DNA of 64,000 nt. Source: a virus. The notes under the pieces are model-generated. The model was not told where the DNA came from, searched no databases, and saw only the letters and a program-made list of their open reading frames with translations. The translations under genes were made by a program, and so were the position numbers. Below, one piece after another: positions 55,360 through 64,000 of the stretch. Position 1 is the first letter of the stretch. Each line of letters starts with the position of its first letter. Location: the IMG/VR virus record IMGVR_UViG_3300046171_000138; one strand, 5' to 3'.

Positions 55360-55716
55360 ATGAAGTTCGATGAGTTGAACCAGGACAACTGGTTGATGTT
55401 TGCTATACGTAATTATAATAACCCGAACTCCGCCACGTATGATGACTTTAAAAAAGATCTAAATAAGATTAAGTGCGTCAAACGTTTATTTCGTCGTTAT
55501 GAAATGCACGGTGAGTTGAAAGTTCATCTCATTTTAAATCATATCATCGTCATGTATAATGTATTTGATGATGCTGCAACGCCTCTATTATTTTATAAAA
55601 TAGAGGCGAAACACTGGTCAAAATTAAAAGCTTTTATGCTGACCCTTAACCGCTTACCAGAAAGTCTAAACCTCGACGTTGATCAAGAATGTCTGAAGAA
55701 TCTAAATCTACTGTGA
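55360..55716 (+). CDS. Conserved T4-like phage hypothetical protein
   Basis: FAIRNYNNP and HLILNHIIVMYNVF. Confidence 0.7.
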   Translation: MKFDELNQDNWLMFAIRNYNNPNSATYDDFKKDLNKIKCVKRLFRRYEMHGELKVHLILNHIIVMYNVFDDAATPLLFYKIEAKHWSKLKAFMLTLNRLPESLNLDVDQECLKNLNLL

Positions 55717-56408
55717 ATGAAATGATGGCTGGCGATGGCGCTGCTTTGTCAATGCCACCTGCTTTCGTATTTGTTAACCCAAAGTCTCAACGTAGATATA
55801 AGAAAGCCAATCAAGACAAGGTAGATGGTCGCACCAAGGGTGCAAAAACAATGCTCTCTCGTATACAGTCCCGCAAGAAAATGAAAGAAGAATTAGAAAC
55901 ACAAATTGTTGAAGCAGCTCCTTCTGAAACAGAGAGAGCACAGAAACAAATCGGTCAGATGAAAAAACTTGGCCGTTCTAAAGATCTGCAGAAGAAGCGT
56001 GACGAAGCGAAGAAGAAAATGCAGTCCAAGACGAAAGAAATGGACGTGCTAATGAAGGCTCGTATGTCTGACTTTAAAAAGAAGGCATCTGACCAAACAA
56101 AAAAACTTAAGAAAGAAGAAACTGAAGTGACTAAAGAAATTATGACTGAATCCACTGCACAACAAGATGCCCTGGACGTTGCACTCCAAGTTGCAACCTC
56201 CGAACTCAATCCTTCTGGTGAGTCTTCCTTTGCGAAGATTACATTTGGTGATGGATCTCAACAGAACCTTGATAACTTTTCTGCAAAGAGAATTGCTGCA
56301 TGTTATGCACAACTCCCTAATGAGCACCAGACACAGTTTCGTTATATGCTCAACAAAGATGCTGCTACGTATCAGTCGGCTCTTGATTTCGCTGTAAGGA
56401 ACGTATAG
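55689..56408 (+). CDS. Charged hypothetical protein (possible head-internal)
   Basis: DGRTKG, Lys-rich coiled coil, LDNFSA. Start at 55689 or GTG 55713. Confidence 0.6.
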   Translation: MSEESKSTVNEMMAGDGAALSMPPAFVFVNPKSQRRYKKANQDKVDGRTKGAKTMLSRIQSRKKMKEELETQIVEAAPSETERAQKQIGQMKKLGRSKDLQKKRDEAKKKMQSKTKEMDVLMKARMSDFKKKASDQTKKLKKEETEVTKEIMTESTAQQDALDVALQVATSELNPSGESSFAKITFGDGSQQNLDNFSAKRIAACYAQLPNEHQTQFRYMLNKDAATYQSALDFAVRNV

Positions 56409-56410
56409 GT

Positions 56411-56869
56411 ATGGCATTCGGTCTTGGTAGATTAGCAGTATTAGAATCAAAACTGGATATTTATGAAGACCTCTCGAAAGAGATGCTTGACAAGCTCGAA
56501 AGAGCAGTAGGAACAATCTCTGATAACAGTAATAAGATTGCTGTTATCTTGGAGCGTCATGAGAACAGACTGGATGAGAGCGAACGCGCTGACAAGTTGA
56601 TCCTCAAGATGCTTGAGGAGATGAAAGAGAAGCAGAGTAAAGATAATGAAGTCTTGCACGAAAGAGTCTCTCTAGTTCAGAAGAAAGTTGACGCCAACGC
56701 AAAGTTTGTTGTCGGTGCAGGAGCAGTTCTTGTAACCCTTGCGACAATATTACAAGTGGTCCCACCTTTCATGAAAGCATTGACACCCATCAAAGCATCT
56801 GGTATCATGGGTACAATGATGAATTCAGTCGATGAGCTATCTGGACAGCAAATACGTAAGTTTAGTTAG
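56411..56869 (+). CDS. Coiled-coil protein with C-terminal TM
   Basis: Long heptad region followed by FVVGAGAVLVTLATILQVV. Confidence 0.6.
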   Translation: MAFGLGRLAVLESKLDIYEDLSKEMLDKLERAVGTISDNSNKIAVILERHENRLDESERADKLILKMLEEMKEKQSKDNEVLHERVSLVQKKVDANAKFVVGAGAVLVTLATILQVVPPFMKALTPIKASGIMGTMMNSVDELSGQQIRKFS

Positions 56870-57818
56870 CCCTCAACTACAACGATTTGCCAAGAAGAAA
56901 GAGCACCTGTATAACTTCAGGTGTCCTTACTGTGGTGATAGTAAAAAGAAGAAGAACCTAGCGCGTGGGTATATCTTTCGTGTAAAAAATGACTATGTTT
57001 ATAAATGCCACAACTGTGGTGTTGGTAGAACCTTCACTAATTTTTTAAAGGATCAAAACCCTGGTCTTTATAATGATTATGTCATGGAGAGATACCGTGA
57101 TGGTCTGACTGGGAAGGGAAGTAATACACCTGAACCAAAGTTTAATTTCAAAAAACCAGTCTTCAAATCATCTCATAATTTACAGAAGATTTCGGAGCTA
57201 AATAACTCTCACCCAGCGAGGCAATATCTAGAGCAACGAAAAATTAAAGATCTCGATTACTTCTTATACGCTCCTAAATTTAAAGAGTGGACCAACACAC
57301 AAACGCCTACATTCGATGACATGAGAGGCGATGGTCCACGTATTATTCTGCCATTATACACAGCAGACAAAGTAATGTTTGGTTTTCAAGGGAGGTCACT
57401 CTCACCTAGAACCAAGTTGCGATACATTACTATCATACTAGACGAATCGCAACCTAAAATATTTGGTCTTGATAAAATAAATGCTAATGAAAGAGTATAC
57501 ATCACAGAAGGTCCCTTCGACAGCACGTTCCTTCGCAATTCGATTGCTATGTGTGGAAGCGACGTTTATGTCCCTAGTGGGACTGCTGACGATTGCTGCT
57601 ATGTTTACGATAATGAACCCCGTAACACAGAAATCGTCAAGCGAATTAGTAAAACAATCGATAGTGGCGACTCCGTAGTTATCTGGCCATCATCTGTTAA
57701 GGAAAAGGACATAAACGACATGTACCTTGCTGGACATGCCGTGCAAAATATGGTAGAATCAAACACCTACCGTGGGCTAGAAGCTAAACTTAAACTGAAC
57801 ACATGGAAGAAAGTATGA
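56832..57818 (+). CDS. gp61: DNA primase gp61
   Basis: CPYCGD...CHNC zinc finger, ITEGPFDS and YDNEPRN (TOPRIM). Confidence 0.95.
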   Translation: MSYLDSKYVSLVSPQLQRFAKKKEHLYNFRCPYCGDSKKKKNLARGYIFRVKNDYVYKCHNCGVGRTFTNFLKDQNPGLYNDYVMERYRDGLTGKGSNTPEPKFNFKKPVFKSSHNLQKISELNNSHPARQYLEQRKIKDLDYFLYAPKFKEWTNTQTPTFDDMRGDGPRIILPLYTADKVMFGFQGRSLSPRTKLRYITIILDESQPKIFGLDKINANERVYITEGPFDSTFLRNSIAMCGSDVYVPSGTADDCCYVYDNEPRNTEIVKRISKTIDSGDSVVIWPSSVKEKDINDMYLAGHAVQNMVESNTYRGLEAKLKLNTWKKV

Positions 57819-60124
57819 GCATCAATGTACAAAAGAGAGATGGAACGGTTGAGTCTCTCAACCTAGAAAAGATTCATAAGATGGTTGAAGAGGCATGTCA
57901 AGGTCTCGGTGGAGTTTCTTCTAGTCAAGTGGAGATGAACTCTGGTATTCAATTCTTTGATGGCATCACTACAATCCAGATCCAGGAGATCCTGATTCGC
58001 TCTGCAAGCGATTTGATTGACCTGGACCACCCCAACTATCAGTTTGTTGCTGCTCGCCTGCTCCTGTCCTGCCTACGCAAGGAAGCATTCCATAAGAACA
58101 TCTGGAAGGAGGGTATGCCTTCGGTGTTTGACGTGACTGCATATAATGCTACGGTCAATAGAGTCTATGATGAAGAAATTCTAGACAAGTATACTGATGA
58201 AGACTGGATGAAGATTAATTCTTGGATTGATCATGATCGCGACTACCTATTCACTTATGCTGGTCTACGTCAGGTTACGGATAAATACCTAGTACAAGAT
58301 AGAAGTGCTGGAGAAGTCTACGAGACTCCACAGTACATGTACATGCTTATTGCATTAACTCTCTTTGCAGAATACCCACTTGCTACAAGACTCGATTATG
58401 TCCGAAGATACTACGACGCAATCAGCAAGCACAAAATCAACATTCCCACACCTATCATGGCAGGGGTGCGAACTCCACTTCGACAATTTGCTAGCTGTGT
58501 TCTTGTTGATAGCGATGACACCCTCGATAGTATCTTTTCTAGTGACATGGCGATTGGCCGCTACGTTGCTCAACGTGCAGGAATCGGTATCAACGCAGGC
58601 AGAATCCGTGGAGTCAACAGTAAGATCCGAGGTGGAGAAGTTGCACACACAGGTGTTATCCCATTCCTCAAAAAGTTTGAAGCAACTGTCAGATGCTGTA
58701 CTCAAAATGGCATCCGTGGTGGATCAGCAACTGTCCACTTCCCAATCTGGCACCAAGAAATAGAAGACATTATTGTTCTCAAGAACAATAAAGGTTCAGA
58801 AGACAATCGAGTGAGGAAACTTGACTACTCAATCCAAATTTCAAAACTTTTCTACGAACGTTTCATGCAGGCTGGAGAGATTAGCCTATTCTCACCGCAT
58901 GACGTACCAGGTTTGTATGATGCTTTTGGTACTGATTCATTTGACGATTGCTATGTGGGCTATGAATCAGACGAGTCTATTCCGAGAAAGACTGTCGCTG
59001 CACAGGAACTGATTCTCAATCTCCTGAAGAATCGTGCAGAAACTGGTCGTGTGTATCTGATGAACATCGACCACTGCAATTCACATTCATCCTTCCTGGA
59101 TAAGGTGAACATGAGTAACCTATGTCAGGAGATTACTCTTCCTACAGATCCTATTCAACATATTGATGGGTCAGGTGAGATTGCTTTGTGCATTCTATCT
59201 GCTATCAACGTAGGTAAGCTGAAGCAATTTGATGACCTTGAGGATCTATGTGACCTTGCTGTTCGTGGTCTAGAAGAACTCATTGATTACCAGGAGTACC
59301 CCGTCAAGGCGGCGAGAGAGTCCACAATTAATCGTAGGTCACTTGGTGTCGGATACATTGGTCTAGCACACTTCCTGGCGAAGCAGGGGCACAATTATGA
59401 TTCTCCTGAAGCAGTTAAGTCTGTTCATGATCTGACTGAAGCATTCCAATACTACTTGCTTAAGTCATCTAATCAGATCGCTAAAGAAAAAGGTGCTTGT
59501 GGATACTTTAATCGCACAAAATATTCACAGGGTATTCTTCCGATTGATACATATAAAAAGGACGTTGACGAACTAGTACCAAATGACCTATCGCTTGATT
59601 GGGGAACTCTACGGGAAACAATTCAGGAATTCGGACTACGACATAGCACGTTGTCCGCTCAAATGCCAAGCGAGAGTAGTTCCGTTGTGTCAAACGCAAC
59701 AAATGGAATCGAACCACCTAGAGGGTATCTGTCCGTTAAGAAGAGCAAGAAGGGACCACTTAAACAGATTGTCCCGCAATACACGTCTCTTAAAAACAAT
59801 TATACCCTTCTGTGGGATATGCCTAGCAACGCTGGCTATATTAATATTGTTGCTGTGATGCAGAAGTTCTTCGACCAGGCAATCTCTGGTAACTGGAGCT
59901 ACAATCCATTGAACTATCCTGATAATGAGATCCCTGTGTCTGTTATGGCAACTGATTTCTTAACTACATACAAGTACGGTTGGAAGACTTCTTACTATCA
60001 AAACACCTATGATGTAAAGGAAGATCCTGAAGACGATGATAAGAAACAAAGCATAGAAGACCTATTAACTCAAATTCTAGAAACACAAACCGAGGAAGAA
60101 GACTGTGACAGTTGCAAAATTTAG
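57815..60124 (+). CDS. nrdA: Ribonucleotide reductase class Ia alpha
   Basis: ATP cone VQKRDG, PTPIMAG, ASCVL, SNLCQEI, GVGYIG, MPSESSS and TSYY. No intron seen. Confidence 0.97.
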   Translation: MSINVQKRDGTVESLNLEKIHKMVEEACQGLGGVSSSQVEMNSGIQFFDGITTIQIQEILIRSASDLIDLDHPNYQFVAARLLLSCLRKEAFHKNIWKEGMPSVFDVTAYNATVNRVYDEEILDKYTDEDWMKINSWIDHDRDYLFTYAGLRQVTDKYLVQDRSAGEVYETPQYMYMLIALTLFAEYPLATRLDYVRRYYDAISKHKINIPTPIMAGVRTPLRQFASCVLVDSDDTLDSIFSSDMAIGRYVAQRAGIGINAGRIRGVNSKIRGGEVAHTGVIPFLKKFEATVRCCTQNGIRGGSATVHFPIWHQEIEDIIVLKNNKGSEDNRVRKLDYSIQISKLFYERFMQAGEISLFSPHDVPGLYDAFGTDSFDDCYVGYESDESIPRKTVAAQELILNLLKNRAETGRVYLMNIDHCNSHSSFLDKVNMSNLCQEITLPTDPIQHIDGSGEIALCILSAINVGKLKQFDDLEDLCDLAVRGLEELIDYQEYPVKAARESTINRRSLGVGYIGLAHFLAKQGHNYDSPEAVKSVHDLTEAFQYYLLKSSNQIAKEKGACGYFNRTKYSQGILPIDTYKKDVDELVPNDLSLDWGTLRETIQEFGLRHSTLSAQMPSESSSVVSNATNGIEPPRGYLSVKKSKKGPLKQIVPQYTSLKNNYTLLWDMPSNAGYINIVAVMQKFFDQAISGNWSYNPLNYPDNEIPVSVMATDFLTTYKYGWKTSYYQNTYDVKEDPEDDDKKQSIEDLLTQILETQTEEEDCDSCKI

Positions 60125-61292
60125 AGTAAGCGAAGATATGCCAAAGAAATCTGTTGAAGGCATGACTGTCTTTAATACAAATAAAGTGAATGCCATGAAA
60201 CAACCTATGTTCTTTGGTGCTCCTCTGGGAGTGCAACGTTATGATCAATACAAATATCCCGTCTTTGAGAAACTCACACAGCAACAACTGGGTTATTTCT
60301 GGAGACCAGAAGAGGTATCCCTCCAGAAAGATCGTGCCGACTATCAGACACTTCGTCCAGAACAGAAACACATCTTCACTAGTAACCTTAAGTACCAAAT
60401 CCTCTTGGATTCTGTACAAGGGCGTGGTCCTGGGATGGCTTTTAGTCCTTACTGCTCACTACCCGAGCTTGAGGCTGCAATGAATATCTGGCAGACTATG
60501 GAGATGATTCATAGTCGCTCGTACACATACATCATTAAGAATGTGTACCCAGATCCTACCGAAGTTCTTGACACAATCATTGATGATGAGAAGATCATTG
60601 AACGTGCTCAAAGTGTCACCAAGGCATACGATGACTTCATCAATGCTGCACAGGAGTATGGCACTGGTAACTGGTGGAAGGAAGACTGGAGAGATTCTCC
60701 TAGTGCTGAATGGACACTGCGTGATCTGAAGCGTAAACTCTATCGTGCAGTCATGAACGTTTATATCCTAGAAGGTATTCGTTTCTATGTTTCTTTCGCA
60801 TGTTCGTTTGCTTTTGGTGAACTCAAGATGATGGAAGGCAATGCAAAGATCATCGGTCTGATTGCTCGTGATGAGTCACAGCACATGACTATCACCATGA
60901 ACATGATCAAGAACTGGCAGAAGGGTGATGACCCTGACATGCTGAAGATCATTGAGGAAGAAGAGCAGAATGTCGTTCAGATGTTCCGTGACTGTGTGGA
61001 AGAAGAGAAGAACTGGGCAGAGTATTTGTTCAGAGATGGTAGCATGATTGGATTGAATGACAAACTACTCAAGAACTATGTTGAGTGGGTTGCTAACCGT
61101 CGCATGAAATCTATCAACATGAAACCTGTATTCGATCAACCTATCTCTAACAATCCTCTCCCCTGGACAGAGCACTGGTTGAACTCCAAGTCTATGCAGG
61201 TGGCACCACAAGAGACAGAGGTTGAGTCTTATGTTATTGGTGGTATCAAACAAGATGTTGGTGAAAAAACATTCTCTGGATTTAAACTATGA
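60105..61292 (+). CDS. nrdB: Ribonucleotide reductase class Ia beta
   Basis: FWRPEEV, LLDSVQGR, EMIHSRSY, LEGIRFY, RDESQH and APQETEVESY. Confidence 0.97.
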   Translation: MTVAKFRVSEDMPKKSVEGMTVFNTNKVNAMKQPMFFGAPLGVQRYDQYKYPVFEKLTQQQLGYFWRPEEVSLQKDRADYQTLRPEQKHIFTSNLKYQILLDSVQGRGPGMAFSPYCSLPELEAAMNIWQTMEMIHSRSYTYIIKNVYPDPTEVLDTIIDDEKIIERAQSVTKAYDDFINAAQEYGTGNWWKEDWRDSPSAEWTLRDLKRKLYRAVMNVYILEGIRFYVSFACSFAFGELKMMEGNAKIIGLIARDESQHMTITMNMIKNWQKGDDPDMLKIIEEEEQNVVQMFRDCVEEEKNWAEYLFRDGSMIGLNDKLLKNYVEWVANRRMKSINMKPVFDQPISNNPLPWTEHWLNSKSMQVAPQETEVESYVIGGIKQDVGEKTFSGFKL

Positions 61293-61957
61293 CAAATGAG
61301 TGGAGTGCGGTTCACCATAAGAGTGACCCACCCCAGTCTCCTTTTGCTCCCACTTGGGACTATACTATTGGTGAAAAGCAAATTGATATTGACTGCGGTG
61401 AACTAACTAAAATTATTCTACAGAAAGAACAAGAGATCAAAGACCAATTCCCTGCTAGTAGTGACGGGAACACTGGTCTAGGTCCTAATAGTCTTACCTC
61501 TAGGTTCAGGCATTTTAATGTCTTGACCTGGGGGTTTCCTGCTACAGATCAGTTGCATAAAGAGATTAAAAAATTTCATGGGCAATACTCTAATAGTATT
61601 TTTGGTCTTCTTTCTCCCGTACCTAAAGTACAAATTAGATGTTGGGCTAATGTATTGAGGAAAGGTGAGAGGATCAAAAAACATTGGCACTCTGTTCACC
61701 CACATACATACTTGGGAGGACATCTAACTGTTGCTGCTGTAGACACCAAGACTATCTACGAACATCCGTATGATGATATTGGTAGAAATTATGAGGCAGA
61801 GAATGTGCCAGGTAAACTGACACTATTCCCTAACTATCTTCCTCACTATACTACAGTTAATCAACAGGATAGTCCTAGAATTACTATTGCTTTTGATCTT
61901 ACTAGTTTAGATAAGATCTTTACGGATGATGATGACCACACGCTTATAAGATTATGA
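61289..61957 (+). CDS. 2OG-Fe(II) oxygenase-like protein (HxH type)
   Basis: WANV...HWH...GH, LFPNYLPH and RITIAFD. Confidence 0.75.
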   Translation: MTNEWSAVHHKSDPPQSPFAPTWDYTIGEKQIDIDCGELTKIILQKEQEIKDQFPASSDGNTGLGPNSLTSRFRHFNVLTWGFPATDQLHKEIKKFHGQYSNSIFGLLSPVPKVQIRCWANVLRKGERIKKHWHSVHPHTYLGGHLTVAAVDTKTIYEHPYDDIGRNYEAENVPGKLTLFPNYLPHYTTVNQQDSPRITIAFDLTSLDKIFTDDDDHTLIRL

Positions 61958-62220
61958 ATCCTGATAATCAATTACCTGTGCCCATGAGGGCAGATCCTAA
62001 TCAACCCAGGGCAGTCCAGAAATATCTGGAGGTAATGAAACAAGTTGATCGCAATGAACAGTATACGATATACTGGTGGACTAGGATGAATGAAGAAGAA
62101 CTGATGCAGGTAATGCAAAAGTTCTGTTGGGATAACAGTATTGATTATAATACTGTCAACTGGGGTAAGTTTCTACGTGGTGAAAACATCCCAGGTTTCT
62201 GGGAGAATGCTGCACAATGA
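61954..62220 (+). CDS. Hypothetical protein
   Basis: ATGA-coupled ORF. Confidence 0.55.
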   Translation: MNPDNQLPVPMRADPNQPRAVQKYLEVMKQVDRNEQYTIYWWTRMNEEELMQVMQKFCWDNSIDYNTVNWGKFLRGENIPGFWENAAQ

Positions 62221-62241
62221 ATATATTTTATAGGTGGTTAC

Positions 62242-62412
62242 ATGGCATTAAATTGGAGAGAGCAGCTGCTCGCAACAAACCTACCCAGTCAGGAGGAGAG
62301 AGACCTTCTGTCAAGAGGACCGAGCAGTCTGGCACAAGCGTGGAAACTCGGAGCAATGAAGTACAGATACAGATACCTGATCCGTGGGACCGATGAAGAC
62401 ACAAAGTGCTAA
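62242..62412 (+). CDS. Hypothetical microprotein (56 aa)
   Basis: MALNWREQLLA...RGPSSLAQAWKLGAMKY, read manually. Confidence 0.55.
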   Translation: MALNWREQLLATNLPSQEERDLLSRGPSSLAQAWKLGAMKYRYRYLIRGTDEDTKC

Positions 62413-62725
62413 AGCGAAAGGTCGTAACTTACAAAAGTGGGTGAGACAAATGTTGATCGAGATGCTAGATGTTCATCCAGAGGACATCGAGTCTCGGTCT
62501 ATGGGTGCAGGTGGGGAAGACCTGATAATGGCAAGAGCAGCTAGACAAAAGTTCCCACACTCTGTAGAATGTAAGAACGTTGAACGACTCAATGTCTGGG
62601 ATGCATACGAACAGGCAGCATCAAACTGTGGTGACTATGAACCTATCGTAGTCATGAAAAAGAATAGAAAGAAACCTTTGGTTGTTGTTGATGCAGAATA
62701 TTTCATCGGACTCTTTAATAAATAA
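62393..62725 (+). CDS. Holliday-junction-resolvase-like PD-(D/E)XK protein
   Basis: AKAKGRNLQ, GEDL, VECKN and PLVVVD. Confidence 0.7.
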   Translation: MKTQSAKAKGRNLQKWVRQMLIEMLDVHPEDIESRSMGAGGEDLIMARAARQKFPHSVECKNVERLNVWDAYEQAASNCGDYEPIVVMKKNRKKPLVVVDAEYFIGLFNK

Positions 62726-62744
62726 TAGAATACAGGATTACATT

Positions 62745-62909
62745 ATGCCGAGATCACAATTGACCAAGAATGATATCCTGGCAAAAGTTTATCAAATGAA
62801 AACAGAATTGTATTCTGACGGTCATAAAGATAAGACAGGTCAATGGCATGATGGTGCTCATCATTTTCTAAACAAAGTATTAGATGCCCTCAATGAATAT
62901 AGATGTTGA
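62745..62909 (+). CDS. Small hypothetical protein
   Basis: ATAAATA at 62718, WHDGAHHFLNKVLD. Confidence 0.6.
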   Translation: MPRSQLTKNDILAKVYQMKTELYSDGHKDKTGQWHDGAHHFLNKVLDALNEYRC

Positions 62910-63033
62910 GATTAAAAAACTATTAGAACGAGTTAGACGTATGAAAAACGATACGCTCTTTGAAGAACCATGTCCCATTTATGAAGCAGACGTTGACGAT
63001 TGGGAAGATTTCTGGTACAATGAGGACAAATAA
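62893..63033 (+). CDS. Hypothetical microprotein (46 aa)
   Basis: MNIDVEIKKLLERVRRMKNDTLFEEPCP, read manually. Confidence 0.55.
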   Translation: MNIDVEIKKLLERVRRMKNDTLFEEPCPIYEADVDDWEDFWYNEDK

Positions 63034-63044
63034 GTAATCACTTC

Positions 63045-63713
63045 ATGATCAAAACATTATTTGCTGCACTTGCTGCAGCTGCGATTGTTATTCCTGCACA
63101 AGCAGAACCGATTAGAGAAACTGACTACAATACACCACATGCGATGGGGTGTATGCTGCTAGGTGAATGCACCGATGATGTGGTAAAGGTAACTTCTATG
63201 CTTGACATCTCATCCAATTACAATGATATGGAAGACTTTACTAGTGTGACTGGTGAGTTCCATAACATCCTACACTCACTCAATCAAGTTGGCGTGAATG
63301 TATTCCTTGCTGATGAGAAGTATTTTCCTGCAGGGCATCGTGGTGTATACCATACTGTCTCCAATAACTTCTTCCTCAATAAGGATCACATGGGTAGTCC
63401 TGGAGTCCTGATGATGGTAATGCGTCATGAAGGATGGCATGCAGCACAAGATTGTATGGCAGGAACGATTGACAATAGTCTGATTGCTATCATCAAACCA
63501 GAGGATGAAGTTCCTATGATCTGGCGTGTTTTAGCAGAACGTACCTATCCTGATTCTGCTGTACCTTGGGAAGCAGAAGCACAGTGGGCAGGTAGAACAG
63601 AGAACATGACTATGGATGCTCTTGCTGCTTGTGCTGGTGGCAAGATGTGGGAAGTCTATGAACCAACACCTTTGACTAGAGAATACCTAGAGAAAGAAGG
63701 TTATATCAAATAA
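63045..63713 (+). CDS. Secreted HExxH metallopeptidase-like protein
   Basis: Signal peptide ending AQA, RHEGWH and downstream WEAEA. Confidence 0.65.
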   Translation: MIKTLFAALAAAAIVIPAQAEPIRETDYNTPHAMGCMLLGECTDDVVKVTSMLDISSNYNDMEDFTSVTGEFHNILHSLNQVGVNVFLADEKYFPAGHRGVYHTVSNNFFLNKDHMGSPGVLMMVMRHEGWHAAQDCMAGTIDNSLIAIIKPEDEVPMIWRVLAERTYPDSAVPWEAEAQWAGRTENMTMDALAACAGGKMWEVYEPTPLTREYLEKEGYIK

Positions 63714-63737
63714 ATAGTTTTGCCTAACTCTTTACTC

Positions 63738-64000
63738 ATGGACTCAAATCCAAAGAAAGAGGAAGCCAAAAAGGAAAGCAAATTTGAGTGGGCGGATGAG
63801 GGTGTATCAACTCTTGTCCGAGTTATTATACTTGGTTGGTCAGCAACAATTCTGACCCTTAATTATGTAACTGTTCCTGGTATTCCTCAAAAAAACATCG
63901 ATCCAACTTTCATAGCCAGCGTCTTCACGGGGACGCTTGCGACGTTCGGTGTCGTTCCTGCTAAAAAGAAAGACGATTCAAAACAAGAACCTCCAAAGGA
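63738..64000 (+). CDS. Membrane protein, truncated at window end
   Basis: MDSNPKKEE...two hydrophobic segments. ATAAATA at 63710. No stop codon before base 64000. Confidence 0.6.
   Translation, partial: MDSNPKKEEAKKESKFEWADEGVSTLVRVIILGWSATILTLNYVTVPGIPQKNIDPTFIASVFTGTLATFGVVPAKKKDDSKQEPPK

Noticed and set aside
44772-61292. Introns, inteins or homing endonucleases in gp43, uvsX, gp41, nrdA and nrdB
   Set aside because: All are continuous ORFs of ordinary length with no intein splice motifs or LAGLIDADG/HNH/GIY-YIG inserts that I could see.
1-64000. tRNA/rRNA genes
   Set aside because: Intergenic gaps are short and I saw no cloverleaf or GTTCGA T-loop in a gap. tRNAscan-SE would be decisive.

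Overview
This window is a 64 kb piece of a T4-like marine cyanomyovirus genome (Kyanoviridae-type). petE and gnd suggest a Synechococcus host, which is an inference. Coding is almost all on the + strand. In order it holds: (1) a carbamoyltransferase plus ADP-heptose-type nucleotide-sugar cluster (1-4206); (2) virion structural genes, gp13-gp16, a petE/gnd/microprotein island, then gp17-gp23 (4263-28284); (3) gp3, uvsY, uvsW, gp55, gp47, gp46, a vWA-peptidase/MoxR pair, gp45, gp44, dam, gp62, regA, hsp20, gp43, uvsX, gp41 and mazG; (4) a late operon encoding a restriction-like nuclease, a KxDG ligase-like protein and a HIGH-type nucleotidyltransferase; (5) head-associated proteins, primase, nrdAB and accessory genes. 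I saw no tRNA, CRISPR array, intron, intein or transposase. The strongest leads are the translationally coupled nuclease/ligase/nucleotidyltransferase operon gated by an RBS-sequestering hairpin, the heptose pathway with no visible acceptor or GmhA, a near-consensus sigma70 promoter firing antisense upstream of gp55, a one-base frameshift splitting a structural gene, and a fibre-like insertion in the tail sheath. All family assignments come from motif recognition by eye; no database search was run.
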